Assembly (NCBI GenBank): GCA_000004985.1
Contig: GG738852.1
Strand: one strand, 5' to 3'
DNA from: Naegleria gruberi
Lineage: Eukaryota
Length of the DNA: 64,000 nt
Positions 22,204-33,510 of this stretch are shown here, piece after piece (position 1 is the stretch's first letter; every line of letters starts with the position of its first letter). Position numbers and translations under genes: made by a program. The notes beneath the pieces are model-generated. The model was not told where the DNA came from. It did no database searches and saw nothing but the letters and a program-made list of their open reading frames with translations.

Positions 22204-23415
22204 CTATTCCTCTTTATGTTGAGTGATAAATCCATCCTCATCCACCACTTGATTTTCAGGTTCAAATGAAGGTTTTTCAAGTGATGGAAGTAATTTCATC
22301 GAGTAGGGATGAATCTCTTGAACCGATAAATCTTCCAAATCTATCAGTATCCATTTAGTTTGTTGAGAAAATTCTTGAATATTATCGAATTTCAATCTAG
22401 ACTCAATAGATGGTGTACACAACTTGTACAGAAAGCATGTATCATTCAATCGACAATGTCCAATAATTTTCATCTTATCACTGAAATGTTTGTAGAAATT
22501 TTTAAAGTCACTTCTTGCTAACTTTCCATTCGTTTTTCCATCATCCATTACCTCGAAAGTTAATTTCCTGATGAGATGATGATTTTTCTTTGATTTCCTA
22601 TCTTCATAACTGATAATCAAATAATTATTCTCTTCACTGCTGCTACTCTGATTCAATCTTGATAAAATATTCGAATGAATAAGAAAACAGTGTGCGAATG
22701 GCATTGGAGAAATATTCACCACTTCCTTAATAAGTTTTGAAGAATCATTTGGTGCTTGTTTCAAAAAGGTTGGTTCAATTTGTAAAGTGTCTCGATGATG
22801 CTCCTCAAACATTAGAAACATGTCATGTTTGATGAAAGGCGTAGGAATAAGGTAATTCAAATGAGTAAAATGATCATTATTTGAAAATATAGGCAAGATG
22901 GGAGTCACTTCAAGCTTTGATCTTTCAATATCTTTCTGATCCAGCTCAATTGTAAACCTTTGAGCATAATATCCACAATAATAATCAAAAACCTTTAAAG
23001 TACCATTCCTTGTACTAGGATGTCCATTAATCAATGCTTGTTTAAACACATAATCATATCTATCATATTCCAATACTGTTTGTTTCCCACAAAAATCAAA
23101 AAAGTATTTTCTTGTTAAATTTCCATCATTTTCATTATGCAACAACAAGGAATTTAATCTCAACATTTTCACCTTCATATTCACTGTAACTCCTTCATTA
23201 TATTTTCCCTCTCGTTCCGATCTCTTCACCAAACACACTGCATGGGAAATGTTCGGATCATGTTTTGAAGGAAGATTTAAATGATTGGTTTCATCATTTT
23301 GATTTTCCAAAAAGTAATAACGAGAATGTAAATTATTGGTTAATGGGGGTGAGGAACAAACAAAAGCAATGGGAATGGTGGCATATTCTTCCTCCCTAAA
23401 ATCTAAATGCGCCAT
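22204..23415 (-). CDS. Hypothetical protein (403 aa)
   Basis: Long ORF with a real ATG and coding-like composition. No recognisable domain. Confidence 0.4.
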   Translation of the reverse strand: MAHLDFREEEYATIPIAFVCSSPPLTNNLHSRYYFLENQNDETNHLNLPSKHDPNISHAVCLVKRSEREGKYNEGVTVNMKVKMLRLNSLLLHNENDGNLTRKYFFDFCGKQTVLEYDRYDYVFKQALINGHPSTRNGTLKVFDYYCGYYAQRFTIELDQKDIERSKLEVTPILPIFSNNDHFTHLNYLIPTPFIKHDMFLMFEEHHRDTLQIEPTFLKQAPNDSSKLIKEVVNISPMPFAHCFLIHSNILSRLNQSSSSEENNYLIISYEDRKSKKNHHLIRKLTFEVMDDGKTNGKLARSDFKNFYKHFSDKMKIIGHCRLNDTCFLYKLCTPSIESRLKFDNIQEFSQQTKWILIDLEDLSVQEIHPYSMKLLPSLEKPSFEPENQVVDEDGFITQHKEE

Positions 23416-23784
23416 TTTTTTTTAAAAGATTTTGAAATTTCAATTTTAAGAGTTTACAATAAATAGGTGAAGTATTCAAAGTCAATTTAATTAATATCTG
23501 AAAAGTACTTGTTTAGTTCAGATTGGTTCTCCAGTAGTGAATTAGTTCTGAAAAAGATTCACACACAAAAAGGTTCTTATTGACTTGGTCTTTCCCATTG
23601 AATGTTATTTTCATGCATGTGTTTTAACAATGCAAGGAGAAAAGAAATTACATTTTTCAATTCAGAAACAAATTGAGAAACAACTTGATTGTGATGAACA
23701 AGTGAAGAAAGTACTGATTGAATCACTCATTACAATGATTCAAAGAGATTCAACAAAGAGACTGAATTCACTTACAAATTAATT

Positions 23785-24228
23785 ATGGAAAATTTAATCA
23801 AATTTTTGAAAGGTGAAATTGCTGATTGTTCTCAAGGAATTTCCTCTTACATGCCCAAATTCGATCGCCTTACAGAAAACAAAGGAAATATCTCTGCACT
23901 TACCACTCACAAATACGAATTGACCAAGAAAAACAAGTTACTAATGGAAGAAATTGAACAGTTACGATCCCAAGAAGGTACTTTGGATGTTTCTGTATTG
24001 GTTAATGATCTTGAGACTAGACAAGCATCTCTTAATGAAGAAATAGAACAAGTCAACCTTTCAAAACAAATGATTCTGGAGGAACAGTTAGAAATTAACG
24101 GGCAGAGCAATGCATTGACCATGTTAAACCTTGCTCAACAAGAAGAAATTGAAGAATTGAAGAAGGAATTAGCAAAACTAATTTTTCAATGTTTGAGTAT
24201 TGACATTCTTGTAGTTTACCTTCTCTAG
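23785..24228 (+). CDS. Hypothetical coiled-coil protein (may join the upstream ORF 23585..23782)
   Basis: Heptad-rich E/L/Q sequence. Weak call. Confidence 0.25.
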   Translation: MENLIKFLKGEIADCSQGISSYMPKFDRLTENKGNISALTTHKYELTKKNKLLMEEIEQLRSQEGTLDVSVLVNDLETRQASLNEEIEQVNLSKQMILEEQLEINGQSNALTMLNLAQQEEIEELKKELAKLIFQCLSIDILVVYLL

Positions 24229-24295
24229 TTTTCATAAAAGCGCCATTATTTCCTATTAATATTCTCCAAAATGTTAAAATTTTCTTATTGCTAAT

Positions 24296-26272
24296 TTACT
24301 GAGCTGGAGTGGTTTGAGTCTGTTGCTGATTTCTGGCAAGTTGATAAGCTGCTCTATGAGCTTGAATCTTTTTTCTAATCAAAAATTCATTATAAACAAA
24401 GCATACAACTAGAATGATAAGAACAAGATAGAATACTGGCTTATCAAACATGTCATCCCAAATAGTGTCTTCATCTCTAGAATTCTTTGAGTGATAATCA
24501 GAATTGAAATAGCTTCCATAGGTAGATCCCTTTCTATCAGAGTCGAGAGAAGTTACATCATAAACAGAAATGGAGCCATCATCCAACATTACTGCCAAGT
24601 TATTATCTGAAATAAAGGTAAGTGATTGAATTGGAGCAGAGTAGTACTTTAAATGACTTCCTTCTCTTTCTATTCTCAAGTTTAACATGGACTTGAGAGC
24701 GAGTCCTTTTCCTTCAATCTTGAACACAAATCCTACAATTTGATGAACAACCACAATGTAAGAACCATCATGATTAATGGCTATAAAATCAGGATGGTTA
24801 TATCTTTCCAATCGTTTCTTAAGAGACTCGAAAACTGCCAAAGTTAATTGATCTTGAGAATAGTATCTCTCCTGTAATGATCTGACATCGTACAAGCCAA
24901 ATCCTGTACCAACAAAACTGTAATAGGTTGTCTTGTCAACACTGAGGTTCTCTCCAGAAGGTCTGTAAATGTACATGCAACCACCGTGAGCTGGGAAAAC
25001 AGTTGTCCTGCCATCTCCACTTTGATAGGAAATCTCCTTTCCTCTATAGTAAACATCATATAAACGATGAGCACTTCTTGAAAGAATTCCTGTAAGAGCT
25101 CCTGGAAGATTATTGTCAATTCTGCTCTTTTCCCACGTGCCATTAATAAGCTTGTATGTGTTGGATTCTACTAATGGACCATGTTTGAAATCATTATCAT
25201 ACATGGAGTGGAATTGTTGATTTCTTACATCTATAACATCAGCATTCTCCTTTAAACTCAAAACTGAGAATTGATTGTCTGGAAGCTTAACCTCATGAAG
25301 AGCTAAAACATTGTGAAGATCTTTCATTCTTGGAATTCTTGGATTTGTCTTGTCCATTTTGAGAAGAGGTGGTCCATTCTGTAATAATGTTCCATTTGCA
25401 CAAATGATTCGATATTCATAAAAATCATTAACGAACGAAGCCATTACACAATCCTCATCCAATGAAGTATCAGAAATACTAGTAACTTCCGGTCCATATT
25501 CATACAAATTAAAAATTCTATTCCTTTCCTTCTGTGGACATATTTTCCTTGCCTCCACATAGGTTTTCACTCTATCACTTTCATGAATATCAACACGTTC
25601 TGTCACCATAAATATGCAATCTCTATTTCTATAGTGTGCAGAACCCTTCTTTGTAAAATAAACTTTAGAATTTTCAATTAGTTGATCATCAGCAAGTTCC
25701 CATCTCAGAATATTAGCTTCCTCCAATTTCATCAACATTTCCGTATCAACTCTCGATAATTCATTCTTCAAATTAAAAAGCTGTAATCTAATAATAGATC
25801 CCACAAATTCAAATGTTGAATTCAAAGCTGTATCCTCATGAATAACCAACTTGGAAATATCAGCAGCTGCTTTTCCAATATTATTAATATTATTATTATT
25901 ATTAATATTACTATTTAATTCCTTCTCTTGATGAGATGATGGTGATAACAATAAATAGGTTGAAAAGTAATTACTCTGTCTAGAATCCATCGCTGAAGGT
26001 GAAACCTTATATTTGTATAATTGACGAGTATTGGGAATGGAAAATACTTTTCGTGGCAAATTTAATATTCTCGAATCGAATTGATTCTCAGAGTAGGCTG
26101 ATAAATCTCTCCTATAATGATCACTGCCAGCACTGTTGTATGATGATGATGATGAATCATTGGGTCCTCCCGAATAGAAATCCAAAATTTGATTAAAGAA
26201 TTGAAAAAAGATAAATAATCCAATGAAAAAGATGGTTACCCTCGGGCTTCCTCCAATGAATATAACGGGCAT
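24296..26272 (-). CDS. Hypothetical type-I membrane protein with a large luminal domain, C-terminal TM and a Q-rich tail
   Basis: N-terminal hydrophobic signal (VTIFFIGLFIFFQFF). A ~560-aa domain with propeller-like repeats. TM VFYLVLIILVVCFVYNEFLI, then RKKIQAHRAAYQLARNQQQTQ. Confidence 0.45.
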   Translation of the reverse strand: MPVIFIGGSPRVTIFFIGLFIFFQFFNQILDFYSGGPNDSSSSSYNSAGSDHYRRDLSAYSENQFDSRILNLPRKVFSIPNTRQLYKYKVSPSAMDSRQSNYFSTYLLLSPSSHQEKELNSNINNNNNINNIGKAAADISKLVIHEDTALNSTFEFVGSIIRLQLFNLKNELSRVDTEMLMKLEEANILRWELADDQLIENSKVYFTKKGSAHYRNRDCIFMVTERVDIHESDRVKTYVEARKICPQKERNRIFNLYEYGPEVTSISDTSLDEDCVMASFVNDFYEYRIICANGTLLQNGPPLLKMDKTNPRIPRMKDLHNVLALHEVKLPDNQFSVLSLKENADVIDVRNQQFHSMYDNDFKHGPLVESNTYKLINGTWEKSRIDNNLPGALTGILSRSAHRLYDVYYRGKEISYQSGDGRTTVFPAHGGCMYIYRPSGENLSVDKTTYYSFVGTGFGLYDVRSLQERYYSQDQLTLAVFESLKKRLERYNHPDFIAINHDGSYIVVVHQIVGFVFKIEGKGLALKSMLNLRIEREGSHLKYYSAPIQSLTFISDNNLAVMLDDGSISVYDVTSLDSDRKGSTYGSYFNSDYHSKNSRDEDTIWDDMFDKPVFYLVLIILVVCFVYNEFLIRKKIQAHRAAYQLARNQQQTQTTPAQ

Positions 26273-26681
26273 TTTGTTTTTTTCTATTATTATTATTAAA
26301 ATTATTAAAATTATGTAATATTTGTATTGATGATGTTATTGTTGTTGGACGGAGGAGAAAAAATCAAGTCCGATAGACACGTTTTTTTTGTAAAGTTTTT
26401 GCATTAGTTATTGCGCTTGGAAGAGTTTCTAATATCAAAATATTGAAAAGATCTTTTATTCGACATGAATATTGAAAATAGTATGAAATGGAATTTCTTA
26501 TTAAGCTTCAATTTCCAAGCATGTGAAAGATTAGTTTGAAAAATTACCATTTGTTCAACTTGCATTACATTAATAACTATAAAAAGGTCATTCTCGTATA
26601 TCTCCAAACTTTTGTAATAATATTAAATCAATGAAACAAAACAGCTGTTAATATTGTTTTGATTTTTTAAATTACAAAAAA

Positions 26682-27537
26682 ATGGTCAAACGTAAATTAT
26701 TGCTCATTTCCAATTCGACAAATTTCGGAGGAGAATATTTGGAACATTGTGCTAGTCAGTGCAGAGATTTCTTATCGGGATGTAAAACTGTTTGTTTTGT
26801 TCCGTATGCCTTGACTGATACTGAAGGCTATTTTAATAAGGTGGAAAATGGTATGAATTTAATATGAATTTTAGGAATTTAATTATTATTAATATTTGGA
26901 AAATATTTGGAAAATATTCGGAATGGAATATTAATTGTTATTATTATTATTTTAAATATTTGATGTAGCCTTTAAAAAGTATAATATTTGTGAACAAGTT
27001 ACAAATGTTGCTCAAAAGGGTGGAAATCCAAAGGAAATTATTCAATCGGCTGATGCTGTTTTTGTTGGAGGTGGAAATACATTTAGATTGTTGAAGAAAC
27101 TTTATGATAATGATTTAATTTCATTGATTAGAAAGAGAGTTTTTGAGGAAAATATGAGATACATGTCTGCTTCAGCTGGCACAAATGTTTCCTGCCCAAC
27201 TATAAGAACTACAAATGATATGCCAATCCTCTTCCCTCCATCTTTCAATGCTCTTCAACTTGTTCCATTCCAAATTAATCCTCACTTTATTGACAAGCAC
27301 ACTTTGGAATCATTAAAACATAATGGAGAAACTCGTGAACAAAGAATTCAAGAGTTCCACGAAGAATTGGAAAATCAACATGTTCCAGTAATTGGCCTCA
27401 GAGAAGGAGCCATGTTATTGGTCGAAGATGATACCATGACTTTGTGTGGAGCTAACGGGGCCAAAATATTTGCAAATTCACAAGAAATTGAAAAGGTAAC
27501 AGGAGATGATTTATCATCCTATTTGAAATCCAATTAA
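26682..27537 (+). CDS. pepE: Peptidase E (alpha-aspartyl dipeptidase, family S51). Exons 26682..26850, 26969..27537
   Basis: Near-collinear with E. coli PepE: KLLLISNS..GEYLEHC, FVPYA, AVFVGGGNTFRLL, nucleophile in YMSASAGTNVSCPTIRTTNDMPI, LQLVPFQINPHF, GETREQRIQEF. Intron has a GTATGA donor and TAG acceptor, in phase. Confidence 0.8.
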
Positions 27538-27674
27538 AAGAATTTCAAATACTAGTAATTTCAATAATTTCAATTGAGTTTACAATTTGATCTTAACATT
27601 CAATGCCAGAACTAAAATAGAAGTCGTACCTATTAAACGCTTTATCTCTCTGCTTTTAAAGATCACAAGAAAAA

Positions 27675-28691
27675 ATGCACGCACTCAGTCTAATAACAAT
27701 TCTTGATCATTTGATTTGTTATTCAGATGATGAATCAATATATAAATTATCACAATGTTCAAAAGATTGTCATGAATCAATTCATCAAATTAAAAGACGT
27801 CAATTATTTAAATTAATCAAGGATGGAAATATTCTTCATAATCAACACTTGAGATCAATTGAAAATATTGAATCAGTACATAATGAAGAAACGTTAAAAT
27901 TGTTAGAAATGATTAAAAGGAAAGAAGACGAATTGAAAATTATTTTGCCTTCCTATTTGAAGGAATTTATTTTAATTTGTGGAGATTTAGATTGTAGATT
28001 TACTCCACATTTAAATGGATATTATTCCTCACATCCTTGTTACAGTTTTATTCCCTTCCAAGAATGGGAATTTTTAAAAACTCATTTTCTGAAAATTCCA
28101 TCAAGAACAGAAATTGAAAAGAAATTTAAAGCTCACCAAAGAGATTCTTTAGTTATTGTTGGATATGATCCAATTACTCATTGTTGTTTATTATTAGAAT
28201 CTAATAGTGGTTTATTGTACGAATTTGGAAGGAACGAATTAACTAAATTTGGAAGTTTATTTGAATGGTATACAAAATTAAATAGTAACAAAACATTTAA
28301 ACATTCTATAAATAATAATCATCATTTGAATCAATTACAACATCCTGTTACAACAGTGGAATCAGCAATTAAATTATTAAAATTCAAATCAGGAGATTAC
28401 TCACAAATTTATAAATATTTACCAATTGATTTTAAAAAGAATGAACAACTAATTATGGAAGTAATGAAATCTGGATATGTAGAAAAATATATTCCTTTCA
28501 AATATAAAGATAATGCAGATTTCATGTTACAATACATTAAACAAAATTTAGATGCTTTCCAAATTTGTTCAGCCAGATTAAGATATGATATTGACTTTGT
28601 AAAGAGAGTTTTTGAAATTAATCCAAAAATTATTTATCAAAATAATTCAAGAGAATGGAATTTCAAAGTTAAACCTTTTATTGATGTATAA
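27675..28691 (+). CDS. Hypothetical protein with C-terminal DUF4116-like repeats
   Basis: 338 aa with a real ATG. The C-terminal third shows a repeated xIPFKYKDNADFMLQYIKQNLDAFQ / RLRYDIDFVKRVFEINPKIIYQ pattern. Confidence 0.35.
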   Translation: MHALSLITILDHLICYSDDESIYKLSQCSKDCHESIHQIKRRQLFKLIKDGNILHNQHLRSIENIESVHNEETLKLLEMIKRKEDELKIILPSYLKEFILICGDLDCRFTPHLNGYYSSHPCYSFIPFQEWEFLKTHFLKIPSRTEIEKKFKAHQRDSLVIVGYDPITHCCLLLESNSGLLYEFGRNELTKFGSLFEWYTKLNSNKTFKHSINNNHHLNQLQHPVTTVESAIKLLKFKSGDYSQIYKYLPIDFKKNEQLIMEVMKSGYVEKYIPFKYKDNADFMLQYIKQNLDAFQICSARLRYDIDFVKRVFEINPKIIYQNNSREWNFKVKPFIDV

Positions 28692-28740
28692 ATAAACAAC
28701 ATTTTAAAAAAGTTGAAAATTCAAGTTTAATTACAAAAGT

Positions 28741-29493
28741 TTATTTGCAAATCAATTGAAGAATCTTTTCCCTTAGATCTCTAACTTCCTCCTCGGAATA
28801 TCTCTGATAGAGACCATCCACATTCGGTGGACTACTCTCCCTACAATAGAATTCTCCTGGATAACTCTCTGGCACAACATCTGGATATTGTTGCAGGAAG
28901 AGAACTGTTGGCTCCTTTTCACTCACTTGGATGGTATGAATTTCATTCGGTGAAAGATCATAACTCTCGCCCACCTCACAATGATCAATATGATTCAAAT
29001 GAAGCAAGACCTTATTCAATCTCTCAAATTGATGTGTATGATGAAAATAAGCATACTTCCAATAGAGATCTGAATGATCTTCCTGAGCTTGTCTCTCCTC
29101 AAATACCAAATTCTTTAAACTTCCATTCAATACAGTTGTTTTAAAGTGATACCTGTGATTGTGTGGATTGGCAACATATCCCTTTCCATGCTCAACAGGA
29201 TCCAACAAGTAGACCTTCGTAGTAATATTACAACTTCTCTCCAAACATAAATAATTGACTCCCCTCACATGATAATCTTTAAATGAGTGTTCACACAACT
29301 TTTTCAATGGTAATTGCCTCAGCGACCTCTCCACATACAAACCATCCATCTGAAATACTCGATTTATCAATGTTGACATTTTTTTGTTATTGCTTTCATC
29401 AATCTCTAATTTGAATTCAAGCATCAAGGAACTTTGAAATTCGAACACGTCTTCTGATTGAAAATCAAAGATGATCAATAAATTCTTGCACAT
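28741..29493 (-). CDS. Cupin-fold protein resembling 2-aminoethanethiol/plant-cysteine-oxidase (PCO_ADO) thiol dioxygenases
   Basis: His-containing cupin motifs: GYVANPHNHRYHF, DLSPNEIHTIQV and VLFLQQYPD. The ORF track start is GTG; the first ATG gives MCKNLLIIFDF. Confidence 0.4.
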   Translation of the reverse strand: MCKNLLIIFDFQSEDVFEFQSSLMLEFKLEIDESNNKKMSTLINRVFQMDGLYVERSLRQLPLKKLCEHSFKDYHVRGVNYLCLERSCNITTKVYLLDPVEHGKGYVANPHNHRYHFKTTVLNGSLKNLVFEERQAQEDHSDLYWKYAYFHHTHQFERLNKVLLHLNHIDHCEVGESYDLSPNEIHTIQVSEKEPTVLFLQQYPDVVPESYPGEFYCRESSPPNVDGLYQRYSEEEVRDLREKILQLICK

Positions 29494-30119
29494 ATTAATG
29501 TTTTCCTCATCATCGTGGTCTCTTCGGTTTTTGTTCCGTAACCACCAGCCAGCAGCCACTTAGAAAGCCTTCATCATCACTTCTGCCAACTATTCAATGG
29601 ATTGTTTTTTTGCGGCAAAGTGCAAAATGCAAAGACGTGTTCTTAACGTTGATGAAAAAGTAGGTGCAAAAAAAATTCTCTCTTCTACACCTACCTCATA
29701 GTTTTTCAAACTTTTTTGACAAGTTCTTGTTGTTGTTTTGTGGTTTTCCTCTAAATTCCTACTACTATTACTACTCCTTTTTTAAATTATTATCAACTAT
29801 AAACCTTCCGCTCTTCATCAATATATTGACGCGAAAGGACCTACAAACTCTATCTATTTTTTAATTCTTTCAAATACAACAATTTTGTTACGTGTGCTCG
29901 TAAACTCGATACAAATTCATAATCACTAATTAGAGCCGAGTTTAGATCATTATTTACCTATAATTTCTCTCAGACTCTACTGTAGATGCCTTAACTTATT
30001 TAATATGACAATCAATTATAATTCAAACCACCATCACAAAACAACAACACCATCATCACATCTTTCTTCATCTTAAAACACCTTTTGAACAAATTTACAA
30101 TAACAATAATAATTTCAAT

Positions 30120-33100
30120 ATGGCACCAAAACATAAACCAAAGAATAATAACAAACCTAAAAACACACCGAGTAATAACACCAAGAGGCAGGATCACTCT
30201 GATCCTTCTCAGACAGGTGTTAACAAAACCAGTAATAATAACGCAATGTCAGGTATGTAATATTATACTTTTCACTGTTGATTAACCATTCTGTTTAGAA
30301 CCTAATGTACAGGGAAGATCTTTTAATTCTAATAATCAAGCCAATAGTAATAATGGTAATAACAATATTAGGAGAAATACAAGCACTTCTTCTATCACAA
30401 GTACTGACAGCAATTCGAGTAATGATGGATCTAATTCTCCACTTCCTAGAAGGAACAATACAAATTCTTTGAAGAAGAATAATCTATCAAACAACAACAA
30501 CATATCACCAACTTCTCCTAGTACTCATCAAATTAAGAGAAAACAACACGTTCCACCTCCTTTGAATACTAATTTAACACCAAAACCTAGTGAGAGGATT
30601 GAACTTGTATGGAACTGTTTAAAATCACCACTTAAACCACCAGTAAGAGGGTTTCACTCTTGTACACTAGTGGGCGATAAACTTTATATTATTGGAGGTG
30701 ATAATAGAGTGGAACACTTTAAGGATGTTTGCATTTATGATTTGAGTAAGTTTGTTCTTTTTGAAAAACAAATTGATTAACAAATTTTGATAGAAACCAA
30801 TTATTGGATTAAACTATCAGAAAATTCAAATCTTCCAATGCCTAGAACAGGCCACTCAGCAGTACTGTATCAAGATAAATTGTATTTATTTGGTGGAAAA
30901 AACGAAAACTATTACACCTCTGATCTATTTATTTACGATCTGAGGGAAAAACTATGGGACAAAGACGTACAACCCCACAATAAGAAAGTAAGTCTGACAC
31001 CAAGAGCAGCACATAGCTGCTGTTGTGTAGACGATAAAATGTATATATTCGGAGGTATCACATCATATCAAGCTAATGACGGCAGAAAAGCAAGTGAATA
31101 TATTGATGTATTATCTATGTATGATATTAGTCAAAGAAGGTGGAAAAAACCAAAAAATAAGGGTGCAGCACCTTCTGCACGTGCCGGTCATTCTTGTTGT
31201 GTTATCAACAGAGACATTTACATTTTTGGAGGAAGACAAGGAACAATTCTTTTCAATGATTTGTACAAGTATAATGTAGATTCTGAAAAATGGTCTAAAA
31301 TACAAACTAAAGGTGAGGCTCCTCAACCAAGTGCTGGACATACAATGAGTGCTTACATGGATAAGATTGTAATTCTAGGAGGTTCTGATTGGAAGAAATA
31401 TCCAACAGAAATTTATGTATTCCACATTCCAAGTAAGGTTTGGGTAAAATGCGCCTCACTCGGAATTACCACTGGTAGATTTTGGCATACAGCCACTGTC
31501 TATGAGGACAATCTTTATGTTTACGGAGGTGGTACAGTTGAACTCATTGACGATATTTATTCAATCAACTTGAGATCATTGAATGCCATTTCTGAAGCTA
31601 CTGCACTGACACCTCAAAGTTCAGCGTCTCCTGTTCCACTACCAGAAATGCCACTTCAAACATTCGCATCAGCGCTCAAATTTAAAACTATTTATAAGGC
31701 TGAGATGAGAGTGTTTGCAAAAGTTCCAAGAGATGTCACCTACTTGGAATTAAAAGAAACCATCAGCAAATCATATGGTTTCCCAGTTGTACTCAAGTAT
31801 GTAGAGCTGGATGACGAAAAAGACGAAATAACCATTGGATCAGACCGAGAATTAAGAGATTTTATCGAATGCTTTGAAGAAATGGGTAAGGGTCTGAGAT
31901 TAGAGCTTAGCGAGGAAAGAGTTGAATCTGATAGTGATTCAGAAATTGATCAAGAAGAGGAAATTCAAGCAACCACTAACGGCACAGGCATAATGTGGAG
32001 AAAAGGAGGCCTTTTGGGAAAGGGTGCTTATGGAGAAGTTTACAAAGGGCTTAATGTCAATACAGGTCAGTGGATGGCCGTAAAAATTATTGATCTCTCT
32101 GCAACTTCGGAAAAGGAGAAGAGTTTAGTGGAAAAGCAAATACTTAACGAAGTCAATCTCATGAGCGATTTACGTCATGATAATATTGTTCGGTATCTGG
32201 GAGCCGAATTCAACAGGAAAAGGACCAGACTATTCATTTATATTGAATTGGTTGACGGTGGAAGTCTTTCTGAAATCCTCAAAAATGTTGGTAAGCTAGA
32301 TGAAAGTGTAGTAAGACAATATACCAGACAAATATTGTTTGGCTTAAAATACTTACACGATAAGAATATTATCCACAGAGACATCAAGGGTGGTAATATT
32401 TTAATAGAAACAAAGAGTGGTACTATCAAATTGGCTGATTTTGGTCACAGTAAGAAAATTACAGAAAATGTACAAGCTTCTCTTCGTATTTGTGGTACTC
32501 CAATGTGGATGGCTCCAGAAATCATCAAAGAATCCAAGTATAGCAAAGCTTCAGACATTTGGAGTGTTGCTTGTACAGTAATCGAAATGCTAACAGCTGA
32601 TGTTCCATTCCCAGATCTTGTTTCACTTGAAAATACTGGTGTCATGTATAGAATTGCCACAGGTGCTGTTCCAAAAATACCAGAAAATTTGAGTGAAGAA
32701 GGTAAGGTTTTCCTTGCCAAGTGTTTCAATCAAAGTCCAGGTTCCAGACCAACTGTTGATGATTTATTGAAGGAACCTTTCCTCACAACATTGAGGTACG
32801 TTGGTGTCTCTTATCCAAATGATGAAACATCCTCAGAGGAGGAAGAAGAAGAGGACGATGAATCTTTCCCATCCCTTGATGATTCTGATTATGACGAAGA
32901 TACTAATTCTTTCGATAAGGGGAAACGTCCATTGTCAACAGGAAGCGAAGAGTCTGATGGAATGGAAAATCCAAATCCAAACAATAAGGGAAAAGGTCCA
33001 CTCGTTGAAGAGGAAGAAGATGAGGATGAAGATTTTACCGATGAGGACGAAGACGAAGATGAAGAAGATTTTTCTGATGACGAAAGTGAATCTTCTTCCT

Positions 33101-33471
33101 ACAGTGAAGATAAATCTTCTCAAAGTATCACTCAACAATTGAGAAACATTCAAGCCAACAATCCAATTTTATCTATGGGATTAAGAGGAAATTTACCAAC
33201 TCAAGCACAAGTGGCCCAAGCAGCTCAATTAAGGAGAGCACCTCCACCCCTTGTTTCAACCCCTTCGACTGGCACTTTAAGAGGTGTTTTGAGAAACGAC
33301 ATTAATCAAATGAATCCATACATTGCACAAACAGTAACACAAGTAGCTTCTACTCCAAGTTCTACTCTGAATATTGGTTCCTCAGCTTCACACAGCAAAA
33401 GTGTTACTAAAAGTGCTTGTGATAACGACGTAATGTCCTTCTTACAAACCAAACAACACAACAATCAATAA
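30120..33471 (+). CDS. Kelch-repeat / PB1 / MEKK(STE11)-like serine-threonine kinase with an acidic C-terminal tail. Exons 30120..30252, 30299..30745, 30794..33471
   Basis: Six Kelch blades (GHS..LY.FGG repeats). PB1-like module: KAEMRVFAKVPRDVTYLELKETISKSYGFPVVLKYVELDDEKDEITIGSDRELRDFI. Kinase subdomains: GKGAYGEVYKG, AVK, HRDIKGGNIL, DFG, GTPMWMAPE. Both introns (GTATGT and GTAAGT donors) verified in phase. Confidence 0.8.
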
Positions 33472-33510
33472 AATGTGCCATCAAATGTCATCGCTCTCTT
33501 TTAAAAAAAA

